Positions 39,780 to 49,109 of a stretch of DNA of 64,000 bases are shown piece after piece; within the stretch, counting starts at the first letter, position 1, and every line of letters starts with the position of its first letter. Location: NCBI GenBank assembly GCA_963825135.1, contig CAWGRW010000009.1, positions 1,120,001 through 1,184,000 of the forward strand. Direction: 5' to 3'. A program made the position numbers and the translations under genes. Below the pieces are notes generated by a model. It worked only from the letters and a program-made list of their open reading frames with translations, ran no database searches and was not told the origin of the DNA. The DNA is from an uncultured bacterium (GTDB taxonomy: Bacteria > Desulfobacterota_D > UBA1144 > Nemesobacterales > UBA2774).

Positions 39780-41006
39780 ATGGGTAGAATGTATAAATCA
39801 CATGCCGGCGCGGGACGCCGGATACTTACTTCCATACTACTGCTTTCATGCCTCAATATTCTCATTAAGGAGCCGAATCAGCTTGTCCCGACTGCCTTTG
39901 CTCAGGGCTCACAGGAATCGGCCGACGTATTCTTTAACCTTAATGAGCACGGCATAAAACCCGATGACGTATCGGGTCTCTACGATTATATAGCCGTGTT
40001 AAAAAACGATCCCGGGCTCGTGATCGTCGTCGACGGTTATTCGGATATAACGGGGGAGGAGCAGTATAATCTCAATCTGTCGAGGTTGAGAGCCGAGGCG
40101 GTCAAGGAATATTACGTAAGCCGCGGTATAGAGCCCGAGAGGATTAAATCGCACGGGAACGGAAAGACCGACAAATTCGACAGCGGAATAGACGAGGAAT
40201 CCCTCAAGCGGAACCGGAGGGTACATGTCACTATCGAACCGTCATCTCGGCCTAAGCCCGCTTCTACCCCGTCTCCCGGTCAGGCTGCCTCTCTGGGAAC
40301 TCCTGCACCCGCCGTAGAGTCCGAACCTCTTGAGGAAAGCCCGCCCGAGGTCGCCCCACCGGATGCGGCCCGGGAGGAGTCCGTACTGGAACCTCAGGCG
40401 CCCGCCATCACGGAACTCTCCACGCCGCCTCCCGACCTTGAACGGGCAATAGGGCATTCCATGAGGAAACTCGCGCCGGGACTGGTGGTATTCGACGCTC
40501 CAGCCGAAATGAACCTCGGGGAATCATGCGAAGTTGAAGTCGACTTGCAGTATTCTTTTCTGAAGGGATTGTCCGAGAGTATTAACGAGATGAGAGCGCA
40601 GGGGTCAAATAAGATCAGATTGGGACAGAACGTCGGCCTTAGTCTCAACGGGCGCGGATTCGACATTAGGCCGGTCACGAAGGCGGAGGGCGAGGAAGAG
40701 CAGTTTCCCGTCGACGATACCGGAATCACACAGCTCGTAACGGAAAATTCGACGCCGGTATGGAAATGGAAGGTTACACCTTTGAAAAGCGGATACAAAT
40801 CACTCCTTTTATCGATCGAGGTAATGGCGGAAGACTCTGAATATAACGAAATGGTTAATAAATATCCGTTATTTCAGAAGGTGATAGAGGTGAAGTCCAA
40901 TTTTCTTTACACCCTGACCAGAAGCTACTGGATGATGGCCTTGTTCATGGTAATTGTCGTCGCGGTCGTGGGCTGGATTCTGATAAAGAAAATGAGAGTA
41001 GGCTGA
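39780..41006 (+). CDS. OmpA-like peptidoglycan-binding domain protein with C-terminal TM
   Basis: GYSD.TG...YN..LS..RAEAV, NRRV. Pro-rich linker, C-terminal hydrophobic helix and KKMR. Confidence 0.8.
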   Translation: MGRMYKSHAGAGRRILTSILLLSCLNILIKEPNQLVPTAFAQGSQESADVFFNLNEHGIKPDDVSGLYDYIAVLKNDPGLVIVVDGYSDITGEEQYNLNLSRLRAEAVKEYYVSRGIEPERIKSHGNGKTDKFDSGIDEESLKRNRRVHVTIEPSSRPKPASTPSPGQAASLGTPAPAVESEPLEESPPEVAPPDAAREESVLEPQAPAITELSTPPPDLERAIGHSMRKLAPGLVVFDAPAEMNLGESCEVEVDLQYSFLKGLSESINEMRAQGSNKIRLGQNVGLSLNGRGFDIRPVTKAEGEEEQFPVDDTGITQLVTENSTPVWKWKVTPLKSGYKSLLLSIEVMAEDSEYNEMVNKYPLFQKVIEVKSNFLYTLTRSYWMMALFMVIVVAVVGWILIKKMRVG

Positions 41007-41033
41007 GATTGTGAACGGCGGGGGCTACGGGAC

Positions 41034-41471
41034 ATGAAGTGGATCAGCGATATACTCGGCGGCAAGACGCTTTTAAGGGGTCTGGATCATATAGCTATAG
41101 TTGTGAGCGATATGGACCGGTCTATTGAATTTTATACGGGCGTCCTGGGCTTAAAGCTGATCAAGGACGGCAGACAGGAAGGAGGGTTGAAAAAAACGTT
41201 TATCGGAACTGAAAAGAAAGCCGTGCTCGCACTGACGGAGGACAGGTCGCTTTCGCGGGAATCAGGCGGTTCTGCGGAGAGTGTCGATCACATTGCGTTT
41301 TATGTGGACGATATTGAAGGGGCCGGAAGACTACTCGGGGAAAGGGGCGTTCGGTTCATAGAAGAAAAAGCCGGCGAGGACGGCAGGATCAGAGCCTGCC
41401 ATTTTCTCGACCCCGACGGGGTTGAGCTCGAGATTTGCGTTGAAACAGGCAAGGACGCTCCTCAGTATTAA
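41034..41471 (+). CDS. VOC / glyoxalase family protein
   Basis: LDHIAI.VSD..RS..FY..VLG, HIAF, F.DPDG..LE. Confidence 0.88.
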   Translation: MKWISDILGGKTLLRGLDHIAIVVSDMDRSIEFYTGVLGLKLIKDGRQEGGLKKTFIGTEKKAVLALTEDRSLSRESGGSAESVDHIAFYVDDIEGAGRLLGERGVRFIEEKAGEDGRIRACHFLDPDGVELEICVETGKDAPQY

Positions 41472-41627
41472 TCATTATTAGGGCGGATATGGGTCTTTTC
41501 GTGAAATACTTCATTTTTCGTCCGACCTTTATTTTCTTCTGGTATACTAAGTTTTCGCAAAAGTCTTTGCTATTTTATCACTGTTGATATATTTTTCATG
41601 TTACTCAAGAGAATATCCGGTCGTTAT

Positions 41628-42818
41628 ATGAAACCAACTGATTCTGGAAAATACGGACTGTCTGTACGGTACGGACCTGAAATGCGCGTCCTCATCATCG
41701 GAGGAGGCATATCGGGTTTAACGCTCGCGGGTCTTCTGCAGCAAAGAGGGTTCAAACCCACGGTTGTCGAGAGGACTCCGGAATACGGAGACGAGGGATA
41801 CATAATAGTTCTCTGGCCATCGGGCAGCCGAATACTAAAAGGACTCGGACTTTACCGCAAGCTGCTCGACGCCGGTCTTCCGTTCTCCACATATAATGTA
41901 TGGAACGAGAGGGGAGAGATGCTCCGCTCCTATTCTGTCGAATCGGTAACGGAAAAATACGGGCCCATGATAAGCATACACAGGCCCGAGCTGATTAACG
42001 TCCTCAGAGAGGCCGTCGACCCTGATACGATACGCATGAACACGACCGTGAAGAATATCCGTCAGACCGCGGACGAGGTAAACGTTACTTTCAGCGACGG
42101 GCGGGAGGAGACGTTCGACCTTGTTGTAGGGTGTGACGGGGTCCGTTCAAAGACGCGCGAGATGGTTTTCGGTCACGTGCCCCTCACGTACAGCGGTATG
42201 AAGGGGTGGAGCTTCTGGGTAAAATCGGGCCTCCTTAAAACTGCCCAGATCGCCGAGTATTGGGGTACGGGAAAGTTTTTAGGTATTTGGCCTACAAAGG
42301 GCCGTCTTTCGGTGTTTACAAGCATAAGAAGCCCTGAAGGACTCCCGGGTCCCGTCGAAGACAGGGTGAGCATCATCGAAGAGCATTTCAAGGATTTTGG
42401 CGGGATCGTACCGGACATCCTGGCCGAGCTCGATAACGAAAGTCAGATCTATTTCGATGATTATAACGACTTGAGAATGGACAAATGGTACAGGGGGAGG
42501 GTGGTCCTTTCGGGTGACTCGGCACACGCCGTGCTGCCTACCGCGGGGGGAGGGGTGTCTATGGCAATCGAGTCTGCGGCGGTGCTGGCCGATGAGCTTT
42601 CGAGAGCGGACTCCAAATATATTGCGCATGCGCTCGAGAGTTACGAGTCGAGGAGGCGTCCCCGCGTCATCAAGATTCAGGATCAGTCGCGGATGATGGG
42701 CAAGGTCGCTTTTGCCGACAGCCGGGTGCTGTCCTATGCGAGAAATTTCGTCATGCGTTTTTATTCTAACAGGCTGCATGTTAAGTACTGGGATACCATG
42801 CTGAAAGAGCCCATATAA
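41628..42818 (+). CDS. FAD-dependent monooxygenase (UbiH/salicylate hydroxylase-like)
   Basis: GGGISG, DLVVGCDG..S, W..GRVVL.GD.AH. Start uncertain (41598, 41628 or 41682). Confidence 0.88.
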   Translation: MKPTDSGKYGLSVRYGPEMRVLIIGGGISGLTLAGLLQQRGFKPTVVERTPEYGDEGYIIVLWPSGSRILKGLGLYRKLLDAGLPFSTYNVWNERGEMLRSYSVESVTEKYGPMISIHRPELINVLREAVDPDTIRMNTTVKNIRQTADEVNVTFSDGREETFDLVVGCDGVRSKTREMVFGHVPLTYSGMKGWSFWVKSGLLKTAQIAEYWGTGKFLGIWPTKGRLSVFTSIRSPEGLPGPVEDRVSIIEEHFKDFGGIVPDILAELDNESQIYFDDYNDLRMDKWYRGRVVLSGDSAHAVLPTAGGGVSMAIESAAVLADELSRADSKYIAHALESYESRRRPRVIKIQDQSRMMGKVAFADSRVLSYARNFVMRFYSNRLHVKYWDTMLKEPI

Positions 42819-43032
42819 ATTGGCCTAAGCGCCTTACCCTGCTTGACAATTTCCATGTTCATTCGCCTATTTATTACTACAGGAATATAAATCTTCAGTT
42901 ATAATTTTCTTTGTGTTTTGTAAATTCGGATGTATTACATCCTATATAACTCTATTTAAGATGGTATATGCATCAAAATATCGTTTTACCGTATAAGATA
43001 ATCTTAGGTATAGTGCGGAGGACCCTCGATCC

Positions 43033-44463
43033 ATGATCAGATTAATGAGATTTTCCATTATGACTATGGTCTTTTCCCTGGCTTTGACATTTCTTTATCA
43101 GGCTGCTCAGGCCCAGCAATTCGGCTTTAACTCCCTCGCCCCTCTCGTGAAGAAGTTAAGCCCGTCTGTGGTGAATATAAGCACAACGAGCGTGTCCAAA
43201 GGGCGGAGCTTTTCGTATGAGTCCCCGTTTGAGGGAAAGGAAGGAGATCCGTTCAACGACTTTTTCGATAAGTTCTTCGGCGATGTGCCTGAAAGGGAAT
43301 TTAAGGGCAGGGGACTCGGGTCCGGGTTTGTATTCAGCGAGGACGGCTACATCATTACGAACAACCACGTTGTTGAAAGGGCTACGGATATAAAAGTAAT
43401 ACTCGAGGACGATGAGATCTATCACGCCGATGTTGTTGGAACCGACCCCAAAACGGATCTGGCCTTACTTAAGATAGAGCCGAAGAGGAAGTTGCCAGCC
43501 GTCAAGTTCGGGAATTCAGACGGGCTCGAGATAGGCGACTGGGTACTTGCCATAGGGAATCCCTTCGGGCTCGGACATACGGTCACTGCCGGCATAATAA
43601 GCGCCAAGGGCAGGTCGCTCGGACTCGGTTCATACGACGATTTTATTCAGACGGACGCGGCGATCAACCCTGGTAACAGCGGAGGCCCGCTGTTTAACTT
43701 TAACGGCGAAGTTATAGGCGTAAACACAGCCATCATCGCAGGGGGGCAAGGCATAGGGTTTGCCATACCGATAAATATAGCAAAAAATGTCATAGCTCAG
43801 CTCCGGGACAGAGGAAAGGTGGTTCGCGGGTGGATAGGTGTGTATGTACAGCAGATTACGCCCGAGATCGCCGAAAGCATCAAGCTTCAGGATCCCAAGG
43901 GAGCACTCGTTTCGGATCTATCCCCGGGGGGGCCCGCTGAGGAAGCCGGGGTCGAGAGGGGGGATATCATTGTCGAGTTTAACGGAAACGCGATAGAGAA
44001 CATGTCCGAGTTGCCGAAAACCGTCGCCAATTATGCCCCCGGGACCAAGACACACCTGAAGGTGCTCAGAAACGGTGAGCCGAAGACGCTCGACATAACC
44101 CTCGGGGAGCTGCCTGAAGAGGTCGCCCAGAGTTCAAGGAAATTGCCCGGTAAGGCGGTTGAGGAGGGGTTGGGACTGGCCGTTCAGGAAATTACGCCTG
44201 ACGTGCAGAATACGTTCCAAGCGGATATTTCGAAGGGCATAATAATTACAAACGTCGCTCCCGGAAGCATCGCTGCCAATGCCGGACTCGAACCCGGCGA
44301 CGTCATACTGGAGATAAACAAGCAGAAGGTATCAAACCTCGACAACTATAAAAAATCCATGGATTCAACCGCCGACGGGCAGAATATCCTGTTCCTGGTT
44401 CAGCGGGGCTCGAACACGATCTACGTCGCACTCAAATTTGAAGGGGATGATGGGAAGGGTTGA
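43033..44463 (+). CDS. degQ: HtrA/DegQ serine endoprotease with two PDZ domains
   Basis: TNNHVV, DLALLK, GNSGGP triad and signal peptide. Confidence 0.92.
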   Translation: MIRLMRFSIMTMVFSLALTFLYQAAQAQQFGFNSLAPLVKKLSPSVVNISTTSVSKGRSFSYESPFEGKEGDPFNDFFDKFFGDVPEREFKGRGLGSGFVFSEDGYIITNNHVVERATDIKVILEDDEIYHADVVGTDPKTDLALLKIEPKRKLPAVKFGNSDGLEIGDWVLAIGNPFGLGHTVTAGIISAKGRSLGLGSYDDFIQTDAAINPGNSGGPLFNFNGEVIGVNTAIIAGGQGIGFAIPINIAKNVIAQLRDRGKVVRGWIGVYVQQITPEIAESIKLQDPKGALVSDLSPGGPAEEAGVERGDIIVEFNGNAIENMSELPKTVANYAPGTKTHLKVLRNGEPKTLDITLGELPEEVAQSSRKLPGKAVEEGLGLAVQEITPDVQNTFQADISKGIIITNVAPGSIAANAGLEPGDVILEINKQKVSNLDNYKKSMDSTADGQNILFLVQRGSNTIYVALKFEGDDGKG

Positions 44464-44920
44464 AGAAAAGCTGGGCGAGCTCGGCATAAAAATCCCTGAT
44501 GTCCCGACTCCGCTCGGGTCTTACAGGCCCGCCTCGATAACGGGGAACCTTATCTTCGTGTCCGGCCAGCTTCCGCTGTCGGAAGGACATTTATTATTTG
44601 TAGGTAAAGTGGGCGGGGATGTAACTGTTGATCAAGGTGCACAGGCAGCCAGAGCGTCTTCCATAAATGCCCTCGCCGCCATGAGTAAAGAGCTGGGCGG
44701 TCTCGACAGGATAAAAAAGATTGTTAAAGTGACAGGCTATGTAGCAAGCGCGCCGGGCTTTCATGGTCAGGCAGGTGTTTTAAACGGCGCGTCGGACCTC
44801 TTTTTTCAGGTCTTCGGAGAATCCGGACGTCATGCCCGCGCCGCAGTGGGGGTTGCGGAGCTGCCAATGAACGCCCCCGTGGAAGTCGAGCTCATAGCCG
44901 AAATCACCTCCGAGGGCTGA
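44450..44920 (+). CDS. RidA family protein
   Basis: SGQLP, NGASDL, GRHAR.AVGV..LP...PVEVE. Confidence 0.88.
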   Translation: MGRVEEKLGELGIKIPDVPTPLGSYRPASITGNLIFVSGQLPLSEGHLLFVGKVGGDVTVDQGAQAARASSINALAAMSKELGGLDRIKKIVKVTGYVASAPGFHGQAGVLNGASDLFFQVFGESGRHARAAVGVAELPMNAPVEVELIAEITSEG

Positions 44921-44957
44921 ACATCAAATCTCTAAACAGGATTGCACCTTTTCCCGG

Positions 44958-45748
44958 ATGGGCCGCAATTTAATCGTCTTTTTATATACCGATTTTCCGT
45001 CTGAATCATTAAACCCGGAAATCATCACCGAGCATCTGGGCAGGCTCGGCATTTCAGCCGAGATCAGGGGTGACCTGTTTGAATTCCTGCGTGATACTGA
45101 TGAGTTGCGGCGCATTGCCGATCTCCTGGCGGGATCATTGATCTCCGATGTAGAGACGCCTCTCGACAGGATACGCGCACTGGTCCCGAGGAGACGGATT
45201 CGGAGCTGAAGAGGATGTCGGGCCTTGTAAGCGTCAGGGGTCCGTTCTATGACGGTCTCTGGCTTCAGCGTGTATTGTACAAGGCTATTGCCGAGAGGGT
45301 TCCCGCGGAAACGGGCAGAGGTTTTATGCATGCGGTGTTTACGGGCCGTCTCTTCGGCACCTACGACGGCAGGCGGTACCATGCGAGGGTGATTCTCGCC
45401 GGAAGTCCGGCTCTAATATCCACCTCCGGGCTTGTGGAGGCGCCCGCGAAGCCGAGGGAATACTATTTTATCAAAGGCGGCCTCATCCGCAGCGGTAAGG
45501 ACATATCGGAGCTCGACAGGATGTATAGCGGGAGGTACGTGGAATACGACGACCCGAAGACAACCGATATAATAAGATCGTACGCGCTTCAAGCCGTCAA
45601 TTATGAATTAACGGGCAATGAGTTCTGTGATAATCCGGGGTGCTGTATCTACAATTCGCACTGGCAGGAAGAAGTGCTCCAAATTCAGTATCGGGGGGAT
45701 CTCTGTGAAAAGTGTGTTCAGGCGTTTGCCGGGACTGATCAGAGGTAA
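44958..45748 (+). pseudogene. DUF6775-like putative zinc metallopeptidase split by a frameshift near 45175-45185
   Basis: ORFs 44958-45209 and 45215-45748 are in different frames. The second frame is open upstream of its ATG (GPEETDSELKRM) and carries YDG, RYHAR, STSGLVEAPAKP, FC...CC..N.HWQ. May be a sequencing indel. Confidence 0.6.
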
Positions 45749-45754
45749 TATAGG

Positions 45755-45779
45755 GAGGGGAAAATGTTCTTTTCCCCTC
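45755..45779. terminator. Hairpin between convergent genes
   Basis: GAGGGGAAAA-tgttc-TTTTCCCCTC, 10-bp stem. Confidence 0.55.
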
Positions 45780-45796
45780 TTCGCGGTTTATCCGTG

Positions 45797-46612
45797 TTAA
45801 GCCCTTGCCTGCTCCTGCTTCTGGAGTATGTCAATCGCGACCTGAGCAGCTTTCTTTCCCGATAATAGCATTCCTCCGAAAGTCGGCCCCATTCTCGGCA
45901 GTCCGAAAACCGAACTAACCGACATTCCGCAGGCTATAAGCCCCGGGTGCACCTCCCCGGTGTATTCGACCAGGGCGTCTTCCGATCTTTCCACCCACAT
46001 AGAACCGTGGCCCGGAAGCTTCTTGTAGAGCCCCTGCTGGGACAGCCTCGATACGCAGTAAGCGTCGTGACCCGTCGCGTCTATCACGAGCTTCGATTCA
46101 ATGGCAATCGGATCGAGACACGTAATCTCCTTGGGCATGTTGGCGATAGGGGTCCAGTTCATAACTATTCCGGCCACCCTTCCGTTCTCTCTGATTACGA
46201 GGTCGTCGAACATGGTCATGTTCCTGATTTTCGCGCCGGCCTCGCAAGTCATGGCGATGAGCTTCGAGCAGGCGTACGGTCCGTCAGCAACATAGAGCCC
46301 CTTCGAGACCTCTTCGTAGGGCACCTCTATCTCGTCCAGCACCTTGTTTCCGGGCTCTCTGACTGTGACTTTGTTCATCAGGTAGCCGCCTATCCAGAAT
46401 CCGCCGCCCAGGTAGTTCATTCTCTCGACCAGAAGTACCTTATATTTCTGCTTTGCGATGTCTTTGGCCGCCACCAGGCCGCTTGGACCCGCGCCCACGA
46501 CAATTACATCACTCGATATATATTCGTCGAACTCCTTTGCGAAGCCGTCGACGATAGCCCTCGTAACCTCTTTTTCACCGACGGGCGCGAACTTGGTTGT
46601 AAATTCAGCCAT
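45797..46612 (-). CDS. thi4: THI4-family thiazole synthase (Cys-type)
   Basis: GAGPSG, GGG.W.GG, NWTP, CLDP, DATGHD, PRMGPTFGGM. Confidence 0.92.
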   Translation of the reverse strand: MAEFTTKFAPVGEKEVTRAIVDGFAKEFDEYISSDVIVVGAGPSGLVAAKDIAKQKYKVLLVERMNYLGGGFWIGGYLMNKVTVREPGNKVLDEIEVPYEEVSKGLYVADGPYACSKLIAMTCEAGAKIRNMTMFDDLVIRENGRVAGIVMNWTPIANMPKEITCLDPIAIESKLVIDATGHDAYCVSRLSQQGLYKKLPGHGSMWVERSEDALVEYTGEVHPGLIACGMSVSSVFGLPRMGPTFGGMLLSGKKAAQVAIDILQKQEQARA

Positions 46613-46838
46613 AAAATGTAATACCTCCGTAATATATCAGTGGCTCTTAAGACCCGTTTACTCTATCACAGAATCGGGGAGCGTCAATAGAATCTATTAT
46701 ACACAATCCCGCGCCGGAAACGCAGTATGCATAGGCAGTTCTGTGGCCATTGACAGAATGATAGGTTATCTTATTATCTTCGGGTAGAAACCGGTTTCAC
46801 ACGGTAAATACTCTAGAATTCGACCGGAGGTAAATTGA

Positions 46839-47588
46839 ATGCGTGCGAAGTTTAAAGTCAGCATAGTTTTGGCGGTGCTTTTCGCTTTTATCGGACTGGC
46901 GGAAGACGCGTATTCGGGTCTGGTAATGGAACAGGTTTATTATCAGCAGGGGTCGACGGACAAACAGAAGGTGACCATCTATGTGCAGGGTAATAAGTTT
47001 AAGCAGGTCGAGAACAACGGCGCTTATTCTCCCGCCGTAATATTCGACCTGAACTCCGGAGATATCATGTTTGTGAACGACGAGAAGAAACTTTATATAA
47101 TCCTGAACAGAGATGAGTATTTAAAATATATTGAATCCGTGATGTCCGAAAATAAGGACCCTTCCGATACCGCCCGGAACGTTACTTTGAAAAAGACGGA
47201 CGATACCGCCAGTATCGCGGGGTATAATTCCAAGAAGTATGAGATTTACGATAACGGCAAACTACAGTCCGAGTATTGGGTAAGCAAGGAGCCTGGATTC
47301 AGCGAAGAGCTCGACATGAACAAGATGACCAAACTTATGAACGACGTAAAAGGGATAAGTCAGAATATCGGCGGCTCCGCTTCGATATCGGACAACGAAT
47401 ATAAGGTATTTCAGGAAATCTACGAAGACGGTTATCCGATGAAAACAGTTTACCATTCACTCGACAGCGATAAAGTGTTCGTGGAGGAGATCGTTGCGGT
47501 GAGGAAGCAGGACCTGCCGCCGAGCGAGTTTCAGCCGCCCGCCGGCTATCAGAAAATCACGTATCAGGACATATTAAAACAGCAGTGA
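46839..47588 (+). CDS. DUF4412-like exported protein
   Basis: Signal peptide, IAGY...KY, E.W, G.PMK, F.PPAGY. RBS GGAGG. Confidence 0.7.
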   Translation: MRAKFKVSIVLAVLFAFIGLAEDAYSGLVMEQVYYQQGSTDKQKVTIYVQGNKFKQVENNGAYSPAVIFDLNSGDIMFVNDEKKLYIILNRDEYLKYIESVMSENKDPSDTARNVTLKKTDDTASIAGYNSKKYEIYDNGKLQSEYWVSKEPGFSEELDMNKMTKLMNDVKGISQNIGGSASISDNEYKVFQEIYEDGYPMKTVYHSLDSDKVFVEEIVAVRKQDLPPSEFQPPAGYQKITYQDILKQQ

Positions 47589-47676
47589 AAGCAGTGTTTC
47601 CCCGGCGGTCATGGTGCGTGTGATGCTTAGCAGCACCCGAATCTGTGCCGCGCGGTAACGCGGCCGGTCATGATTA

Positions 47677-48123
47677 CTAGCTTTCTTGTACGACTTCCAC
47701 TGTAATGACGGCCGATACGTCGTGATGAAGCTTTACGGTCACTTCATGCGTTCCGAGCGTTTTTATGGGGCTTTCAAGGTCTATTTGCTTTCTTGAAACC
47801 TCATAACCCAGTTCCCCGAGCGCATCCGAAATGCTCTGAGAAGTGACGGAACCGAATATTTTTTCTTCTTCTCCGACCTTGACCGGAATTTTAACCGCGG
47901 CTCCGTTCAGCTTTGACGCAAATTTCTCGGCGTCTCCTTTGACCTTATCTTCCTTTTTCCTGAGCGCATAGCTTTTTTGCTCCCATATCTTAATATTCCC
48001 CGGGGTCGCCGCTATCGCGAGTCTCTTCGGAAGAAGGAAATTTCTGGCAAAGCCTTCCTTAACGTCCTTTATTTCTCCCTGTTTTCCTATTAACTCGACA
48101 TCGGAAATAAAAATCACTTTCAT
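47677..48123 (-). CDS. rplI: 50S ribosomal protein L9
   Basis: MKVIF..DV..G..G....[21 protein letters not shown]. Confidence 0.96.
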   Translation of the reverse strand: MKVIFISDVELIGKQGEIKDVKEGFARNFLLPKRLAIAATPGNIKIWEQKSYALRKKEDKVKGDAEKFASKLNGAAVKIPVKVGEEEKIFGSVTSQSISDALGELGYEVSRKQIDLESPIKTLGTHEVTVKLHHDVSAVITVEVVQES

Positions 48124-48193
48124 AGTTTGTCAAACCTCCGAAACTTGCCGCCGTAGCCGGGCGGCGAATGTAATATATGTTGAGCTTCGTCGA

Positions 48194-48430
48194 TTAATGG
48201 AGAACCGTAAACGGCAGTAACGCCATGAAACGAGCTCTTTTTAGTGCGGTCGAAAGCTCTCTCTGACAACCTGCGCAGAGCCCCGAGTTTCTTCTCGGAA
48301 CGATTTTTTTCCTGTCGGAGATGTATCTGGACATGAGATCGACGTTCTTATAGTCGATTTCAATCGAATCTGTGCAGAATCTGCAGACTTTCTTTTTAGC
48401 GAAATATTTTTTATCGCGCGGGTTTTCCAT
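48194..48430 (-). CDS. rpsR: 30S ribosomal protein S18 (Zn-binding C+ form)
   Basis: KKVCRFC, IDYKN, KI.PRR.SG.C..CQR, RAR.MALLPF. Confidence 0.95.
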   Translation of the reverse strand: MENPRDKKYFAKKKVCRFCTDSIEIDYKNVDLMSRYISDRKKIVPRRNSGLCAGCQRELSTALKRARFMALLPFTVLH

Positions 48431-48938
48431 TATTGATCTCCTTCTGTCTGGACCGGCTCCGTCTGAACCGGCTCTGTCTGGACCGGCTCGTCTGGACCGG
48501 CTCCGTCTGAACCGGCTCCGTCTGGACCGGCTCCGTCTGGACCGGCTCCGTCTGAACCGGAGCTACGGCAGGCTCGCTCTGGGCCTTGCTCTCTCTTTCT
48601 TTGGTTTCCGCCGCGAACTTCTCTCTATTGGCGGCGTTTTCGCTTATCTTTACGGTCATGAACCTCAGCACGTCCGTGTTGTAAAACCGGAGATGTCTTT
48701 CGAGCTCTGCGGCCGCACCCGGAAGCGCTTTGAAAATAATGATGTAATACGTGCCTCTGGTGTATTTCTTTATTTCATAAGCGAGTTCCCTCTGCGCCCA
48801 TTTGTCGGACTTGATGATCTCGCCTTCGTGAGCCGATAGCGCCTCGTTGAGCTTCTGCTGTATTTTAGCAAGCTCTTCTTCCTTGATATCGGGTCTCACG
48901 ACATAAAGCGTCTCGTAATAATTTGGCTTGACTGCCAT
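48430..48938 (-). CDS. rpsF: 30S ribosomal protein S6 with PVQTE-repeat tail and apparent 1-bp frameshift in the repeat
   Basis: [24 protein letters not shown]. As given the ORF ends at 48411. Restoring one base ends it at TAA 48432-48430, overlapping the rpsR ATG. Confidence 0.9.
48442..48560 (-). repeat. Tandem repeat of 8 units of 15 bp (CCGGTYCAGACRGAR), one unit only 14 bp
   Basis: Units at 48442, 48457, 48472, 48487 (14 bp), 48501, 48516, 48531 and 48546. Encodes PVQTE. Confidence 0.92.
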
Positions 48939-48946
48939 ATTTACTA

Positions 48947-49010
48947 ACCTCCTGTCTCGGTCTATGCGGCTCCGGGATATCAGTTATATCGATGCCCCGG
49001 GGCGACAGAT
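48947..49010 (-). ncRNA. Putative S6:S18 autoregulatory leader RNA
   Basis: Minus strand CTGTC...CCGGGGCATC-loop-GATATCCCGG-AGCCGC...GACAG-GAGG. A hairpin, an unpaired CCG and a stem abutting the SD match the known S6:S18 leader architecture. Confidence 0.6.
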
Positions 49011-49109
49011 TTTTAACCGGTATATTCTACCTGCTTTATCGGATTTGTGAATTCCTTTGTAAAGTATCTGAAATTGTTAATAATTCATAGGTAAAACGCC
49101 TGTGACCGC

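Noticed and set aside
41668..41685. 18-mer with 16/18 identity to 62679-62696, both before a candidate ATG
   Set aside because: Matches of this quality are expected by chance in a 64-kb self-comparison.
46613..46838. TPP riboswitch upstream of thi4
   Set aside because: No CTGAGA core or P-stem pattern on the minus strand. The region looks like divergent promoters only.
48442..48560. Possible CRISPR array
   Set aside because: The units are directly adjacent 15-mers with no spacers, lie within the rpsF coding sequence, and no cas genes are present.
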